Source: Octopus sinensis
Lineage: Eukaryota
Direction: 5' to 3'
Length of the DNA stretch: 64,000 nucleotides
NCBI RefSeq assembly: GCF_006345805.1
Contig: NC_043008.1
Span: forward strand, 51,398,001-51,462,000
Shown here: piece after piece, positions 12,926 through 26,243 of the stretch
How positions within the stretch are numbered: the first letter of the stretch is position 1
Layout of the letters: every line of letters begins with the position of its first letter
Notes under the pieces: generated by a model
What the model saw: the letters and a program-made list of their open reading frames with translations, nothing else
The model's database searches: none
Told to the model about the DNA's origin: nothing
Translations under genes and position numbers: made by a program

Positions 12926-14122
12926 GTAAACAAAGTGATTACATCACGCGTCGTCTTTCTCGAGTGCAGAAACATTCGGATCGATGTGACTGGTTTCTAG
13001 CCATCTTAAACTTTCATCAGAGGCAGCTTATCTATCTTACCTTTAATCGACCGAAAGATTATCATTAAAAAAAAATAACTATCTTTTGTAAACAAAAACA
13101 ACAAAAAAACCCAACTAGAACTGATGTAAATTGTCCCATGCTATGCACTCACGGCACGGTTTCATTAATTATTCATTCTTTAATTGCGTAATAGATTGAT
13201 AGTTTTTTTCTCTTTTATTTTGCTGATCATTCATAAAGCAAGGTGTACCATCTTTTATACCAATATAATGTTAGCCTCTACATGAAAGATAAACAAGAAG
13301 TTACGCCACAAGTTTTATCTTCTGTGGAGAGGGTGGCAAAACGCGATACCGTTCTTTCTGGTTTCTAGTCTACTTAAAGCTTCATCAGGGAAAGACTGTC
13401 TACTTAGAAACTACTGTTAGCATGCGCATATATATATATATATATATATACATGTACACATACATATACATATAATATATATGTATACACACATACACAG
13501 ACACACATATATATATATATATGATATATATGTATATGTATGTATATATAAATATATATACATGTATATATATATATATATTATGTGTATGTATATATAT
13601 ATATGCATATTTACGTAATTGTATGTATGTATACGTGTGACTGTATATATGTGCGCGTGTGTTTCGATATAATCTTGTCAATATAAACCGGACGTAATAA
13701 AAAATAGCGACGTTTTGTGATGTCACACGTTAAATTTCTTTCCGGATCTCTCTCTCTCTCTCTCTTATTAGCGAGATAATGTAAAGCAATCACCGTCTTA
13801 GTAGTACTGGAAATAACGGTCAGCCATTGGAGGAACGGTAATTACAGTAGGCATCATGACCATCACTATCAATAAAACTGTCATGACAATTATCACGACG
13901 ACCACCACGGCCACTACCACCAGTACTACCCCCAAAAGCACAACCACCGCTGCTACCTCCCCCCCCCACCACGAACACCGCTCCAATCTTCACCATCACT
14001 AGCAACATAAACTCCAGTGATCAAGTCTTGCTAGAAACAGCAGTCAAACCTCGCTTCATAACAAAAATGGTGATATTGGTTACGATAACAATTTTGCTTT
14101 TGTTTATCGGTCTGTCTGTCTG

Positions 14123-14192
<70 letters not shown>

Positions 14193-14487
14193 CACATATA
14201 TACACATATTTGTACATATATACAAACGTGTATGTGTATGTACGTATATTTTAAAATATATTTTCGTATATATATATACATATTTATGCGTGTATATACG
14301 CGTATATACTCATGTAATCTCAAGTAATGGGTGCACGTGTTCTTTAGATCATATTTCAGGATCATGTCCAGAGTCTAGAGATAGGACAGAGATGAAAAAT
14401 GGCAATTATTACATCAAAAACAGATGTGGCAAATAACACACACACATTTCTATCAATCAATCAATCATCTATCTATCTATCTATATA

Positions 14488-14540
<53 letters not shown>

Positions 14541-14658
14541 GTCTGTCTATCTATCTGTCTGTCTGTCTGTCTGTCTGTCTGCCTGTCTGCCCGTCCGTCC
14601 GTCCGTCCGTCCGTCCGTCCGTCCGTCCGTCCGTCCGTCCGTCCATCTCTGTCTGTCC

Positions 14659-14697
<39 letters not shown>

Positions 14698-14703
14698 ACC
14701 TCC

Positions 14704-14758
<55 letters not shown>

Positions 14759-14906
14759 CGTCCGTCCGTCCGTCTGTCTGTCTGTCTGTATAAAGGTTTT
14801 TGTTATTATTGTTTGACCTGAAATCCCACTTTGATTCGGCCAGACCTCCCCTCATTCTTTGCATTCCAAGTATAACCATTCTGACCTTTAGTCAAAACCT
14901 AGAGTG

Positions 14907-14948
<42 letters not shown>

Positions 14949-15492
14949 ATTACATTTTATCCGATATGTAATAGCTATGAATGTCGGAAGCAGAGGAGGA
15001 GGGCTGATTACGAACAATTGAAATGAGTGGTGAATGACAGAAGGAAACAGGAAAAAATATGCCTCAGGCTGGCGAATATACTGGGAAGAAAAATGTTATG
15101 TGTAGAGGGCGCTACTGTTGCATCGACTGTGTGCCTGGCCAGTTACTTGTTGTCCTAACAGCAGCAACAACTGCAGGAGTAACAGCTGTAGCAGTCAGAA
15201 CAGCAGCAGCATGGGTAGGAGTAGAAGTGGTGGCAGTAGTAGAAGTAACGTAGTATTTGTGGTCGTAATGGTGACAAGAATATCATCGCCAACGTTATTA
15301 TTTTTTGCTCTTGTTGTTGTTGTTTAATCTGAACGATAACCCTAGCCCCCACCCAAATGGAGTATTAGGCCCAAGATCAACGGTATTATCAACCGCGATC
15401 ATTTTGTCAGTATTTCTTTCTTTTTTTGTTGTTGTTGTCTTTGCTGTATCTTTGATTGTATTCCTGTTGTGTCCTTCGGTAAAGACGTTACT

Positions 15493-15718
15493 TATTTCTT
15501 TATTGCCCACACGGGCCAAACATAAAGAGGGCACACAAGGACAGATAAACGGATTAAGTCGATTACATCGACCCCAGTGCGTAACTGGTACTTATTTAAT
15601 CGACCCCGAAAGGATGAAAGGCAAAGTTGACCTCGGCGGAATTTGAACTCAGAACGTTACGGCAGACGAAATACCGCTAAACATTTCACCCAGTGTGCTA
15701 ACGTTTTTGCCAGCTCGC
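15493..15718 (-). mobile_element. tRNA-derived SINE, family A (GGCGGCGAGCTGGCAGAA head), full length
   Basis: Reverse complement of the copies at 26716 and 47633; box-B-like GAGTTCAAATTCC; AATAAAGAAATA tail. Confidence 0.85.
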
Positions 15719-16138
15719 GACGTTACTGTGTGATAAAAGAAAACTTGGCTGCTATTTTTAGCAACCACCTAAAAGGCTCCGTCGTTGTGTTTCTTACACC
15801 AAAACAAGTATTTTCTCCTCATACTTCAACCAAAAGTCATCGACCTCTCTGGCCCGACTTACTTGTTGTTCTATCCCTAAACTATCCCCAAACGCCTTGG
15901 CTTCCTTTTGGTCAGTCATTAAACGGTCATACAAAATTCTTCGGTGGTATTTGATCCAATTCTCGACGTTCCGGTTTCAAATTCGGCCGATATCAAATTC
16001 GTCTTTTCATCCTTCCGTATGAGGGGTCCCATTTAATGGATGAACCCCTCAATCCCCACCGTTTCCCATCAAATTACAGGACCTCTGCGTTTGTTAGAAA
16101 CCAGCCTTATGGACAGTAGATTGGAGGCGCCTTTGAGG

Positions 16139-16730
16139 CAGTATTTCAGAACCAGGGTCCATATAAGATTTTTTGTTAAGATTTCTATGCAATAAAGTGG
16201 TTATATTTCTTCAAAATACAAAATATTAATTTTTTTTTAATACAATTCTTAATATTTTAAAATCTTTTATCTTTTACTGGTTTCAATCATTTTGACTGTG
16301 GCCATGTTGGGGCACCACCTTGAAAGGTTTTTGTAGTCGAATAAATTGATCCAAGGACTATTTTAAAACCCAGTAGTTGTTCTATCGGTCTTTTTTGCCG
16401 ATACGGGCCGTAAACACACCAACACCGGTTGTCAAGTGGTGGTCACACACACACGCTCACACACGACAGGCTTCTTTCACTTACCATTTACTAAATTCAA
16501 TCACATGGTTTTGATCGACCCAAGGCTATTGCAGAAGATACTTGTCCAAGGTGCCACGCAGTGGGACTGAACCTGGAACTACGTGGTTAGGAAGCAAGCT
16601 CCTTACCACACAGCCACGCTTTTATATAAAATATAATAGGGTATTTTAAACATCAAATGGTTATTAGGATCCAACCAAGTAAAATAGGGATCAAAGGGGT
16701 CCATAGGCAAAAAATGGTTGGGGACCACTG
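16139..16730. mobile_element. Degenerate hAT/Charlie-like MITE with a nested SINE
   Basis: Right end GGTTGGGGACCACTG and left end CAGTATTTCAGAACC resemble CAGTGGTTCCCAACC-type TIRs; flanks CTTTGAGG and CTTGAGAA are imperfect TSD candidates. Confidence 0.4.
16261..16620 (-). mobile_element. tRNA-derived SINE, family B (long, internal microsatellite), near full length
   Basis: Shares GACTGTGGCCATG, CGGTTGTCAAG, CAAGGTGCCACGCAGTGGGACTGAACC and TTACCACACAGCCAC with other copies in the window. Confidence 0.85.
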
Positions 16731-17065
16731 CTTGAGAACGTTGGACAAAAATATGCTTGGCGGTATTTAGGTTACGGCCCTTTACATTTTGAGTTCAAAT
16801 CTCGCAGAGGTTAAGTTTACCATGAAAGCTTTTGCAGCTGATAAAGGAAAAAAAAGTAATCCTCTGGGATTGATTTAATGAACTGACACTTTTCCCACAA
16901 ATCTCCGTCTTTGTGTCCATGTTAGAAACACACACACACACACAACACACTCATACATACACATGTATTTATGTTTTTGCTTTTATTTTGGATCTCGTTC
17001 ATTCAACCTCCTTGCCGCATCTTTTCTTTCTTTCTTTCTGTCTTTCTTTCTTCCTTCCTTTCTTC

Positions 17066-17100
<35 letters not shown>

Positions 17101-17350
17101 GTTCTTGTTCTTGTTCTTGTTCTTGTTCTTCGAATGCACTTCATCTTTTTTGCCTGTCGTCAACATCTTCGGCACTTGTAAACCAATGCAAGAAATAACT
17201 GTTACCATTAGCATCATCATCATGATCCTGCTCCTCCTGCTCCTCCTGCTCTTCCCCCTCCTTCTCCTTCCCCTCCTCCGCCTCCGCCTCCTCATCATCA
17301 CGATTATCATCATCACCATCATCACTATCACCATTACAACAATAGTAATC

Positions 17351-17385
<35 letters not shown>

Positions 17386-17408
17386 TACAATAATGATAAT
17401 CACAGTAA

Positions 17409-17450
<42 letters not shown>

Positions 17451-17652
17451 CTTCATTCGCTGTAATATCCAGCCGTGACCATCCTATCTGTTTACGTAAA
17501 CCAGTCGCTAATATATTGTCCAATGTAATCCGTCATTTTTTTTTTTTTATTTAAGACTGTAATGTGATGCATGAGGGTATTTGGTTATTCTTTCTTGAAC
17601 GTCGTACTTTGCTTCGGAGGTACAATAGCAGCAACAACATTAGTATTAGTAT

Positions 17653-17696
<44 letters not shown>

Positions 17697-17958
17697 TAGT
17701 AATAATAGCAATTAAGGTGGTGGTTGTGGTGGTGGTGGTAGAAGTAGTAGTAGCAGCAGTAGTTGTCTTTGTCTAGGCAGCAACCATAACTGACCCATCC
17801 GAGCATTATTCTGTACGGAAACGAGGCCGGCTCCATTAGATTATGTGCAATAATGATGTCTGTATGTGTGTGTGTGTGTGTGTGTGTAAAAAAGAAAGAT
17901 GGGAATAAGTAAAGAGACCGAGAAAGGAAGAAATTGAGTAAAAGATAGATAGATAGAA

Positions 17959-18009
<51 letters not shown>

Positions 18010-18252
18010 AAGAGAGGGGAACGTAGAAAAGAGTATCTGACTGAAAGACAGGTAGATATTTTGACACGAACGTTTGTGTGTGTTTGTGTTTATGTGTGTG
18101 TGTGTGTGTGTGTGTCTGTCTGTCTATATATAATATGTGTGTGTGTGTGTGTGTTCTGTTTTTAATTTATATTTGATATATTCTCTCACCTCTGCCACTA
18201 TCAGGCATATACAGGTGCTTACACTTATCAAGTATTCACTCTAAATTTACAG

Positions 18253-18301
<49 letters not shown>

Positions 18302-18883
18302 CCATACAGATCTACACATACATTTGTATATATATTTGTAAGTATCATATATATATATATAATTATACACATATGCAGATATGCATACATATATATATAT
18401 ATATATACATATATATACATATAAATAAATATATATACATACACATACATAACACACATACACGCACACATAGACACACACACACACACACATATATATG
18501 GAGTTAGAAGGGATCGAAAGAGCATGGCAAAAAAAAGGTTGAGCCTCGAGCCTTTGCAGATCACATGGTCTCTTCACTGAATTGTTTCTGGGCCCGTCAC
18601 AAGATGCAAATGACATCACACCAATGTATAGATATGTATATGTCTACGTGTATGCGTACGGTTGATTTGTTGTTGTTGTTGTTGTGTGTGTATTTCGTGT
18701 GACTGTGCGCGTTTTATAAAAGTTATATGTATGTGTGGTTATTAGTTTAATTGTGTATATGTACGTGCGTTTACAGCTTGACAGATAGATACAATTAAGC
18801 ATTAGATAACAAGACAAACAAATGGATAGATAGACATTTAAAAGGGTTGGCTGAAAGTTAGTTAAATGGCTAGATTGATGCAT

Positions 18884-19023
18884 AAACAGAAAGGTGTATG
18901 GAGATAGATAGATAGATAGATAGATTGATAGATAAATAGAAAGGTGCATGGAGATAGATAGATAGATAGATAGATAAATAGAAAGGTGTATGGAGATAGA
19001 TAGATAAATAGAAAGGTGTATGG

Positions 19024-19061
<38 letters not shown>

Positions 19062-19125
19062 ATAGAAAGGTGCATGGAGATAGATAGATAGATAGATAGA
19101 TAGATAAATAGAAAGGTGTATGGAG
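18884..19125 (+). repeat. Compound minisatellite: six copies of AAATAGAAAGGTGYATGGAG separated by variable (ATAG)n
   Basis: Cores at 18884, 18934, 18976, 19006, 19060 and 19106; degenerate GATA tract continues to ~19620. Confidence 0.9.
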
Positions 19126-19228
19126 ATAGATAGATAGATAGATAGATAAATAAAATAAAGTATGGATAGACAGACAGATAGAAAGTTAGATGGATAGATA
19201 GATAGATAGATGAAAAGAGAGATGAAGT

Positions 19229-19265
<37 letters not shown>

Positions 19266-20244
19266 GCAAATGAACAGAAGTGGATAAAAAGTTAGGTAGA
19301 TGGATGGATAAATAAGTAGATTAAAGATTGGTAACTCGATCGATGATAGCTAGGCAGATAGAAACTTGCTTAGATGGGAAGATAGATAGATAAAATAGAT
19401 AGATAGACAGATAAAAAAAAAATTAGGTGGATGGATAGGTAGACAAGTAGATAGATAAATAAATGGATGTATGGATGGATAGGTAGATAAAAGGTCATTC
19501 GATACATAGATTGCTAGCTAGATCATTAGATAGATTGAGAGATAGAAAGTGTAGGTATTGATAGATAGATAATCAAATAGTACTAATGGATAATTAGATA
19601 ACTAGCTAGCTAGCCAGATAGATCACATGAACTTGGAATGTGTTGCTGCCGTTTTAGTAGCAGTCAGGCCCAAGGTGAATGGTGTTGGCATTATTTCAGG
19701 AATTTCAATTTTTGGCGGTTAAATTTACACATCATCAGTGAGGTAATGTAAAGAAAATTTAGCTTCTTTTCTCACAAACAAAACATTAGATAAAAGCATT
19801 TACATTATAAAACAACACTAAAGAACTAGAATATATAATAAAACTAGGTGACCAAGCCATGGAACATACAATACTGACACAAATATATTATAACAAAGAC
19901 ACCAGCCATCACATCTATTAAGATATACAAGTGATATATGAAGTGTATTATAGAAATAAAATCCATACTAACTATATAAATGATGGCTATAGTGAAAAAC
20001 CTGATAATTAAAACGTAATTCATTTCAGGAAAACATTAAGCAACACTAATAACGCATTACAAAAGAAAATCATTAACATTGAAGTACTTTTTATCAATAA
20101 CAAAAGAGAAGCTTGTTGTAAGCATGGGAACGAGCTATTCAATGATTTATATGATTAACACATTTGATTGGAAATGTAAAGGTTGTTAACTTCACAACTC
20201 TAACTGTTTTATTGACCATGCCAAGATGATATATTCTAACCGGC

Positions 20245-20973
20245 TAATGACGTTACAACCGTTGAAAACGATATATGTTAAGCACAAATTTGACTATTCT
20301 GCAGAGTCTGACAAAAATCTATTGAGTGGTGAAACTGAAGAGACAGTTTGGCATATTCTAAGCAAATGCAGCAAATTGGCCCAGGGTGAATACAGGAGAA
20401 GGCATGACAATGTCTCCAGAATGTTTCACTATCTAACTATGTTGTATATTTGGATTAGAAAAGGTGAGAAAATTGCTTGAGCATGAGCCAAAGGTTTTGA
20501 TGGAAAATAACAGAGCAAAGAGACTTGGAGACTTCATAGCCCAATGTGATAGAATCGAACATCGAGAACCCGATACTGTACTGGTATAAAAAATCGTGCC
20601 TGATCATAGAATTCGATTGCCCTGGAAATATCAGAATAGTCGAGAAAAAAGTTAGAAGAGGAAAACTGACGAGATAAGAAGTTCTGAAGATAGAAATCAA
20701 AAACCTATGGTCAATGTAAAAGCATTTATTGGGCCAATAATTATTGGCGGCCTGTGTAAGAGTGAGGAAAGAAATTAAAAACTGTTTAGAAAAAAGGTAA
20801 GCATAAAAATGGCAATAGAGTACGTTCAGAAGACAGCATTACTTGACGGTACAAGGAATCTCTGCAAAGTTCTCAATACTTGAAAAGTTCACGGGAAGTA
20901 AATTGCTTATGTTAATGATACCTCCGGCAACAAGCTGAGTATATTACATGTAATAATAATAATAATAATAATG

Positions 20974-21010
<37 letters not shown>
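20245..21010 (+). mobile_element. 3' fragment of an R4/Dong-like non-LTR retrotransposon (zinc knuckle plus RLE endonuclease remnant) with (TAA)n tail
   Basis: YVKHKFD...ETEETVWHILSKCSKLAQGEYRRRHDNV, then EHEPKV..EN, EPD.VLV, CLIIEFDCP and VQKTALL remnants with frameshifts; ends in about 20 TAA units at 20951-21010. Confidence 0.85.
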
Positions 21011-21012
<2 letters not shown>

Positions 21013-21742
21013 GTGTCTAGTTTAGACACATGACCAAGTATTTGGAAGGGAGTGAGGGTCTATCGATACCGCCTCGACCGCAGTTCATGACTGGTATCGG
21101 AAAAATTTCATGGAAGACTTTCAACAGATGAAATACAGAAAATAGTGTTTCTAAAAAAAATTTTTAAATGTGTATCTGTATTTTACTCAAAAATATTGCC
21201 TGTAAATTGCAGACAATAAGAGCAAATCTATTTTGGTTTAGCGCTGGTGGAAGACTCCGAGTGAATAGAGTACGTGTACTTTTAACAAGTTAAAACAGAA
21301 ATGACAAAAAAGAGAAATAATCTCGTCGTGTACACAGTTACAACCCGATACTGAAACAAAGAGTTCATATGTTAAACCACACACATACACACACACAAAT
21401 GTACGCACGCGCGTACACAGTGAGAGAAAGCCAGCCACTGATGCACAATTCAACACTCAACGCTATAGATGAAACTTTAAAACATCAATTAAAACAACAA
21501 AGCAAATTCCAAGACAAAACAATAACAATCACAACAATAATAAATAAAAAAAAACAGATGTAACGTGTAAACACAATTCAGTATTGTAAAAAAACAAACA
21601 AAAATATATACAACCAAATAAAAATGTTTTTAGACACCTGAAAAATAAGGAGATGCACCTGGTTGTGCAGTAGAAACTCTCGCAGAAAACTGTAGAAAAC
21701 CTAATAAAACGAACAGTAATAATAATAACAAGAACATCAGTT

Positions 21743-21955
21743 ATAATCCTTTAGTATGTTGGCGCAAGAATCGCAAATTCTGAGGAGTGGGGGAATCATT
21801 TACATCAACCCCAGTGCTTAAATGGTACTTGTTTCATCGACCTCGAAAGGAGGAAAAGCAAAAGTAGACGTGGACGGAATTTGAACTCAAAGGACGGACG
21901 AAATGTAGTTCAGCATTTTACCCGGCATATTACCGATACTGCCAACTCACAGCCT
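21743..21955 (-). mobile_element. SINE family A, diverged copy
   Basis: CCCCAGTGC...GGTACT...ATCGAC..GAAAGGA...GGAATTTGAACTCA. Confidence 0.7.
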
Positions 21956-21996
21956 TTATGATGGCAATAACAACAACAACAACAACAGCAGTTGAA

Positions 21997-22200
21997 GCGC
22001 AATGGCCCAGTGGTTAGGGTAGCGGACTCGCGGTCGTAAGAACGCGGTTTCGATTCCCAGACAGGGCATTGTGAGTGTTTATTGAGCATACAATACTGAC
22101 ACCTAAGCTCCACGAGGCTTCGGCGGGGAGTGGTGGTGAACCCCGCTGTACTCTTTCACCACAAATTTCTCTCACTCTTTCTTCCTACTTCTGTCACAAA
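21997..22200 (+). mobile_element. tRNA-derived SINE, family C, 5' part
   Basis: Box A TGGCCCAGTGG and box B GGTTTCGATTCCC; 3' part matches the reverse copy at ~39990-40048. Confidence 0.7.
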
Positions 22201-23329
22201 GCAGAGGAACCATGGTGTAACCCACTATGGTGTGGTAAACTTTCAGACCTTAGTCTAGATTGCGAATCCTCTGTACCCCAGTATGGTTCAGCTCTCCACC
22301 CGTTAAAAGTCACCGTTTACAGAATGAGGATAACAACGTAGCTTTCGCGCCTGCGCAACCGCCAGTCTATCGCATGTGGTGGGTGGATCTTCAAGTTGCC
22401 ACACGCATTCTTAGTAGCTTAGAGTAGGCTTGAATTAGAGATTATTCTTTGTGGCTAATGGCGTGAGTCCTGATTGGAAGAAGAAGACAACAGCAGCAAT
22501 CTTTGAAAATGACTACATGACAGTAATTAAATTAACCGTAAACAACGAGTGCTCGATATTTTCAGTGTACGTTATGGTATATAATTTGTTACCCTCGGTA
22601 AATTTCTGTGAAAGAATTTGGAGTCATGCTTGCCAGACGAAATTAGTTCACATCTTTTATTGAGAACTGGAGCAGGATGGCGATTGATAAGAATCTTTAT
22701 TTGTTTCGAAATGCTTCATTTTTATTCAATATTGACCATGTTTTGCTCGCGGATGCCGCTCTGTCTTTAGATTTTCATATATGCTTTATCAGTGCTATGG
22801 TGTTCTCCTGGTATCGATGACAAAATGAGATGCTGTGCTGGTGCAGGAGTCATTTGAAAGAATTCCTCCTCCAAGGCTTAAAGTTAATTGAATTTTTGTT
22901 AGTGGTAATATGGTAAAATATGGAACTGGAGAATAGGTAAATGAATGTAAAACGATATCAAGTTGAAAAGCAGACAATACATTCTTACATGCAATTATCA
23001 ATGGCTTCTAGGGTAATGTTGCAGTCTTGACACGTATTTCTCTTTCTCTCTGTTCAGTCTGTTTCTGTGTCAGCTGATGTCCCATATTGTACATCAAAAT
23101 TGTACATTTTGATATGCAGTTATTATTTGAATGAAACACAGTGTTGCTGACTTGGACAAGTACTATTTCCATTGCCAAATCAATTTTTGTGAATACGTAC
23201 GTTCAGGTGTTGGTGGCAGGGAAAGATGAGGTGAATTTGATCCGAAAGTGACAGCTGCGGCTCATCTTCACTTGTTCGTGGTATGTTTTCGTGCACAAAG
23301 TTTAATGATAATGCAGTGTGATGTTGGCG

Positions 23330-23389
<60 letters not shown>

Positions 23390-23928
23390 TTAATATACAT
23401 AATTACAAAAGAGCGATTCATAGTTGTCATTATTTAAAATTTATTAGCAAATTTGTAGCTGCTGCAGAATAATACAACAGGAGGGAGGTCAAAGTCTGAG
23501 AGACAGCTACTTAATCCGGAATTGGTGATGTCCTCCAGTTCGACGAAAGAATTCTACATGTGCTTGCATTTGCTAAAAGTTTCGGACCTGGAATTAACTA
23601 ATGTGATGGATTTCTTGAACCTGAAAAAAATGTGCTATCTTTTAGCAATGCAAAACCTGCATCTCTTTGATCTATTTATATACGGCGTAAATTTCTCCAC
23701 GCTTCTAATTCTTGACTTTTCTCACTGGCCAGCGTCATGGTTTTTAAACACATCCAATGTTATAAACTGAGCCTGAAAGATTGGTTGGAAATACATAACA
23801 CGTTATATAAATCTGCCAATTTGATGTATATTAAATCACGAAACTAATAATATCGCTTTTGTAATTGCGTGTATTTAATGATATTTATGAAGCACTTTTT
23901 TTTAGTTAGTCCTACTTATAATGGAACT

Positions 23929-23961
<33 letters not shown>

Positions 23962-24078
23962 ATTTATATTTACATATCATTACCGACCAGACTGTGTGAT
24001 GTTGTAGACCTTGTTGATTACAATGCGCTTCCTCACATTGTTGCATTATTCAATATATGTCACCCCATATATACATAC

Positions 24079-24132
<54 letters not shown>

Positions 24133-24500
24133 GTTTACTTGCCTCGAAATGTTTTTTAGTTGGACGAATCGGCTCCAAGACTTATTTCTTAAGCCTAGTA
24201 CTTGCTCTGTCGGTATCTTTTGTCGAACTGCTGAGTGACGTGACGGGGACGTATACATACCAACATCGGTTGTCAAGCGATGGTGGGGGACAAACATAGA
24301 CAAATTCACGCATACACACACACACACACACATATATATATACGACGGGCTCCTTTCAGTTTGCGCCTACTAAATCCATTCACAAAGCTTTGGTCAGCCC
24401 GAGGCTATAGTAGAAGACAGTTGCCCAGAGTATCATATAGTGGGATTGAACTTGGAACCATGGGGCAGGGAAGCAAACATATTATTATACATCCACCTCT
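24133..24500 (-). mobile_element. SINE family B
   Basis: AAGCCTAGTACTT, CGGTTGTCAAGCGATG and CCCGAGGCTATAGTAGAAGAC. Confidence 0.85.
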
Positions 24501-24651
24501 GCATGTAATACAGATGCCGCTTGCTAGTTCTGCTTCAGATAAGCAGCAAATGTTGTCGTAGCGTAAAAAGGTGTAAATTTAAATCAGCTGGAGTATACGC
24601 CATATGAGTGGGACAGTGTTTGTGATATGTGAGCAAGTGTTGCTATACTTA

Positions 24652-24950
24652 TGGTGCTTAGTGGTTAGGGTATTTGGCTCACTGACGCAAGGTCGTGAGT
24701 TCGATTCTTAACGGAGCATTATGTCCTTCAGCAAGGCATTTTATTTCGCGTTGCTCCAGTCCACATTACTGGCAAAACTGAATTGCACCTGCAATTCAAA
24801 AAGCCAGCCTCGTCTCACTCTGAGTCACGCTGAATCTCATTGAGAACTACGTTAATTGTACGCGTGTCTGCACGTTAATTTCACAAGCAGGCTGTTCCGT
24901 TGGTCAGATCATCTAGACCACACATCGTCGTAACCGATGGAGGGTCAGTT
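24652..24950 (+). mobile_element. SINE family C
   Basis: AGTGGTTAGGG...GTGAGTTCGATTC, TTTATTTCGCGTTGCTCCAGTCCAC and GCAGGCTGTTCCGTTG (reverse match at ~39880). Confidence 0.75.
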
Positions 24951-25537
24951 GTTGTTGGTATAAATAGTAGAGACAGCAGTGGTGGCTTGCGTCACTGATA
25001 TGCTGTTTAGTAAAATGGCGTCTTTTAAAATTTTTTCCTGTTTCTGTCTATTCTGTGTTTATATTGATGTATCGTATTATATTATACGATCTTTAAAATT
25101 ATTTATGTTAATAACAGCTTCTGTCGGTCCATATATCGTCTGTTGGATTTTGGCTTAGGGATGGTGTGGTGTTTGTATTTGCTATATGGCTGAGTGGAGT
25201 GTTGCGCTGGTGTTCGTAGCAATCACATAATCTGACACCGATAATGGTTGCTGTTAGTGGTCGAGGGAGGGGGGGAAATGGTGGAGAAAGGAGAAGGAAG
25301 AGAAGGAGAAGATGTGAAGGAAAAGGAAGGTGAGGAGGGGCGAGAGGAAAAGGAAAAGGAGAGAAAAGTGTAGAAAAATGGGAAGAAATAAATGAAGAAT
25401 AAGTAGGAGGAAGGAGTGTAAGAAAAAGGAGAGGAAAGAGAATGAGAAAAAGAGAAAGAAGGAGGAGAAGGAGAAGAAGGTGAATTTGGAAAAAGGAAAA
25501 TGAAAACACGATAAAAAGTCAATTTTGTCTTTCTGAT

Positions 25538-25556
25538 CACGTGTCAGTGTCACGTG
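25538..25556. promoter_or_regulatory. Tandem canonical E-boxes CACGTG-N7-CACGTG
   Basis: CACGTG tcagtgt CACGTG in unique sequence; CAGCTG at 25629. Confidence 0.35.
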
Positions 25557-25973
25557 CTGATTGCCGTTAAAAGGGTCGGCCTGTTGACACAGAAAATAAA
25601 AAAAACAAAAATAGTGATCAGATCGAGACAGCTGACGTTGATAGTTATTCTGCCCCATTTTATTTCGTATTGGATACATTATTGTAATATTGAACAGATT
25701 GTAAGTAGATAACAATCCAATTGGTGCACTTAACAAGAGAGGATATGAAAAGCACGGCAGACAAAACTACATTGAATGACTATCTCTTCCTCCACCCTCT
25801 CTCTCTCTCTCACACACACATGCATATATGCTCACATACATTAATACATAGGTGTACACACATACACACATATAAGCATGCATAATTTACACATTAAGTG
25901 TACGTACATTATGGCCAAACGGACAGGAAGTTTGTTATATGTATGAATGTATGTATGTATGTATCTATCTATC

Positions 25974-26026
<53 letters not shown>

Positions 26027-26069
26027 GCCTGCCTGCCTGCCTGCCTGCCTGTCTGCCTGCCTGCCTGCC

Positions 26070-26113
<44 letters not shown>

Positions 26114-26142
26114 CGTCTGTGTCTATCAACCTATCTCTCTAT

Positions 26143-26176
<34 letters not shown>

Positions 26177-26202
26177 GTATCTATATTAATACATACATGT
26201 AC

Positions 26203-26243
<41 letters not shown>

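Noticed and set aside
13801-13836. 36-nt phase 2-2 exon candidate (STGNNGQPLEER)
   Set aside because: Weak acceptor and no homology; expected by chance in 64 kb.
18884-19125. CRISPR-like repeat-spacer appearance
   Set aside because: Spacers are only (GATA)n, the DNA is eukaryotic and there are no cas genes.
21997-22070. tRNA gene
   Set aside because: Has A and B boxes but continues into a SINE body shared with other copies; no complete cloverleaf. The same applies at 58815.
22440-23830. Degraded LINE (L2/CR1-like) ORF on the minus strand
   Set aside because: Only vague resemblance with many stops and no diagnostic motif; needs a translated search.
25711-25713. 3-nt microexon (CAG|ATT|GTAAGT)
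   Set aside because: No polypyrimidine tract and untestable from sequence alone.
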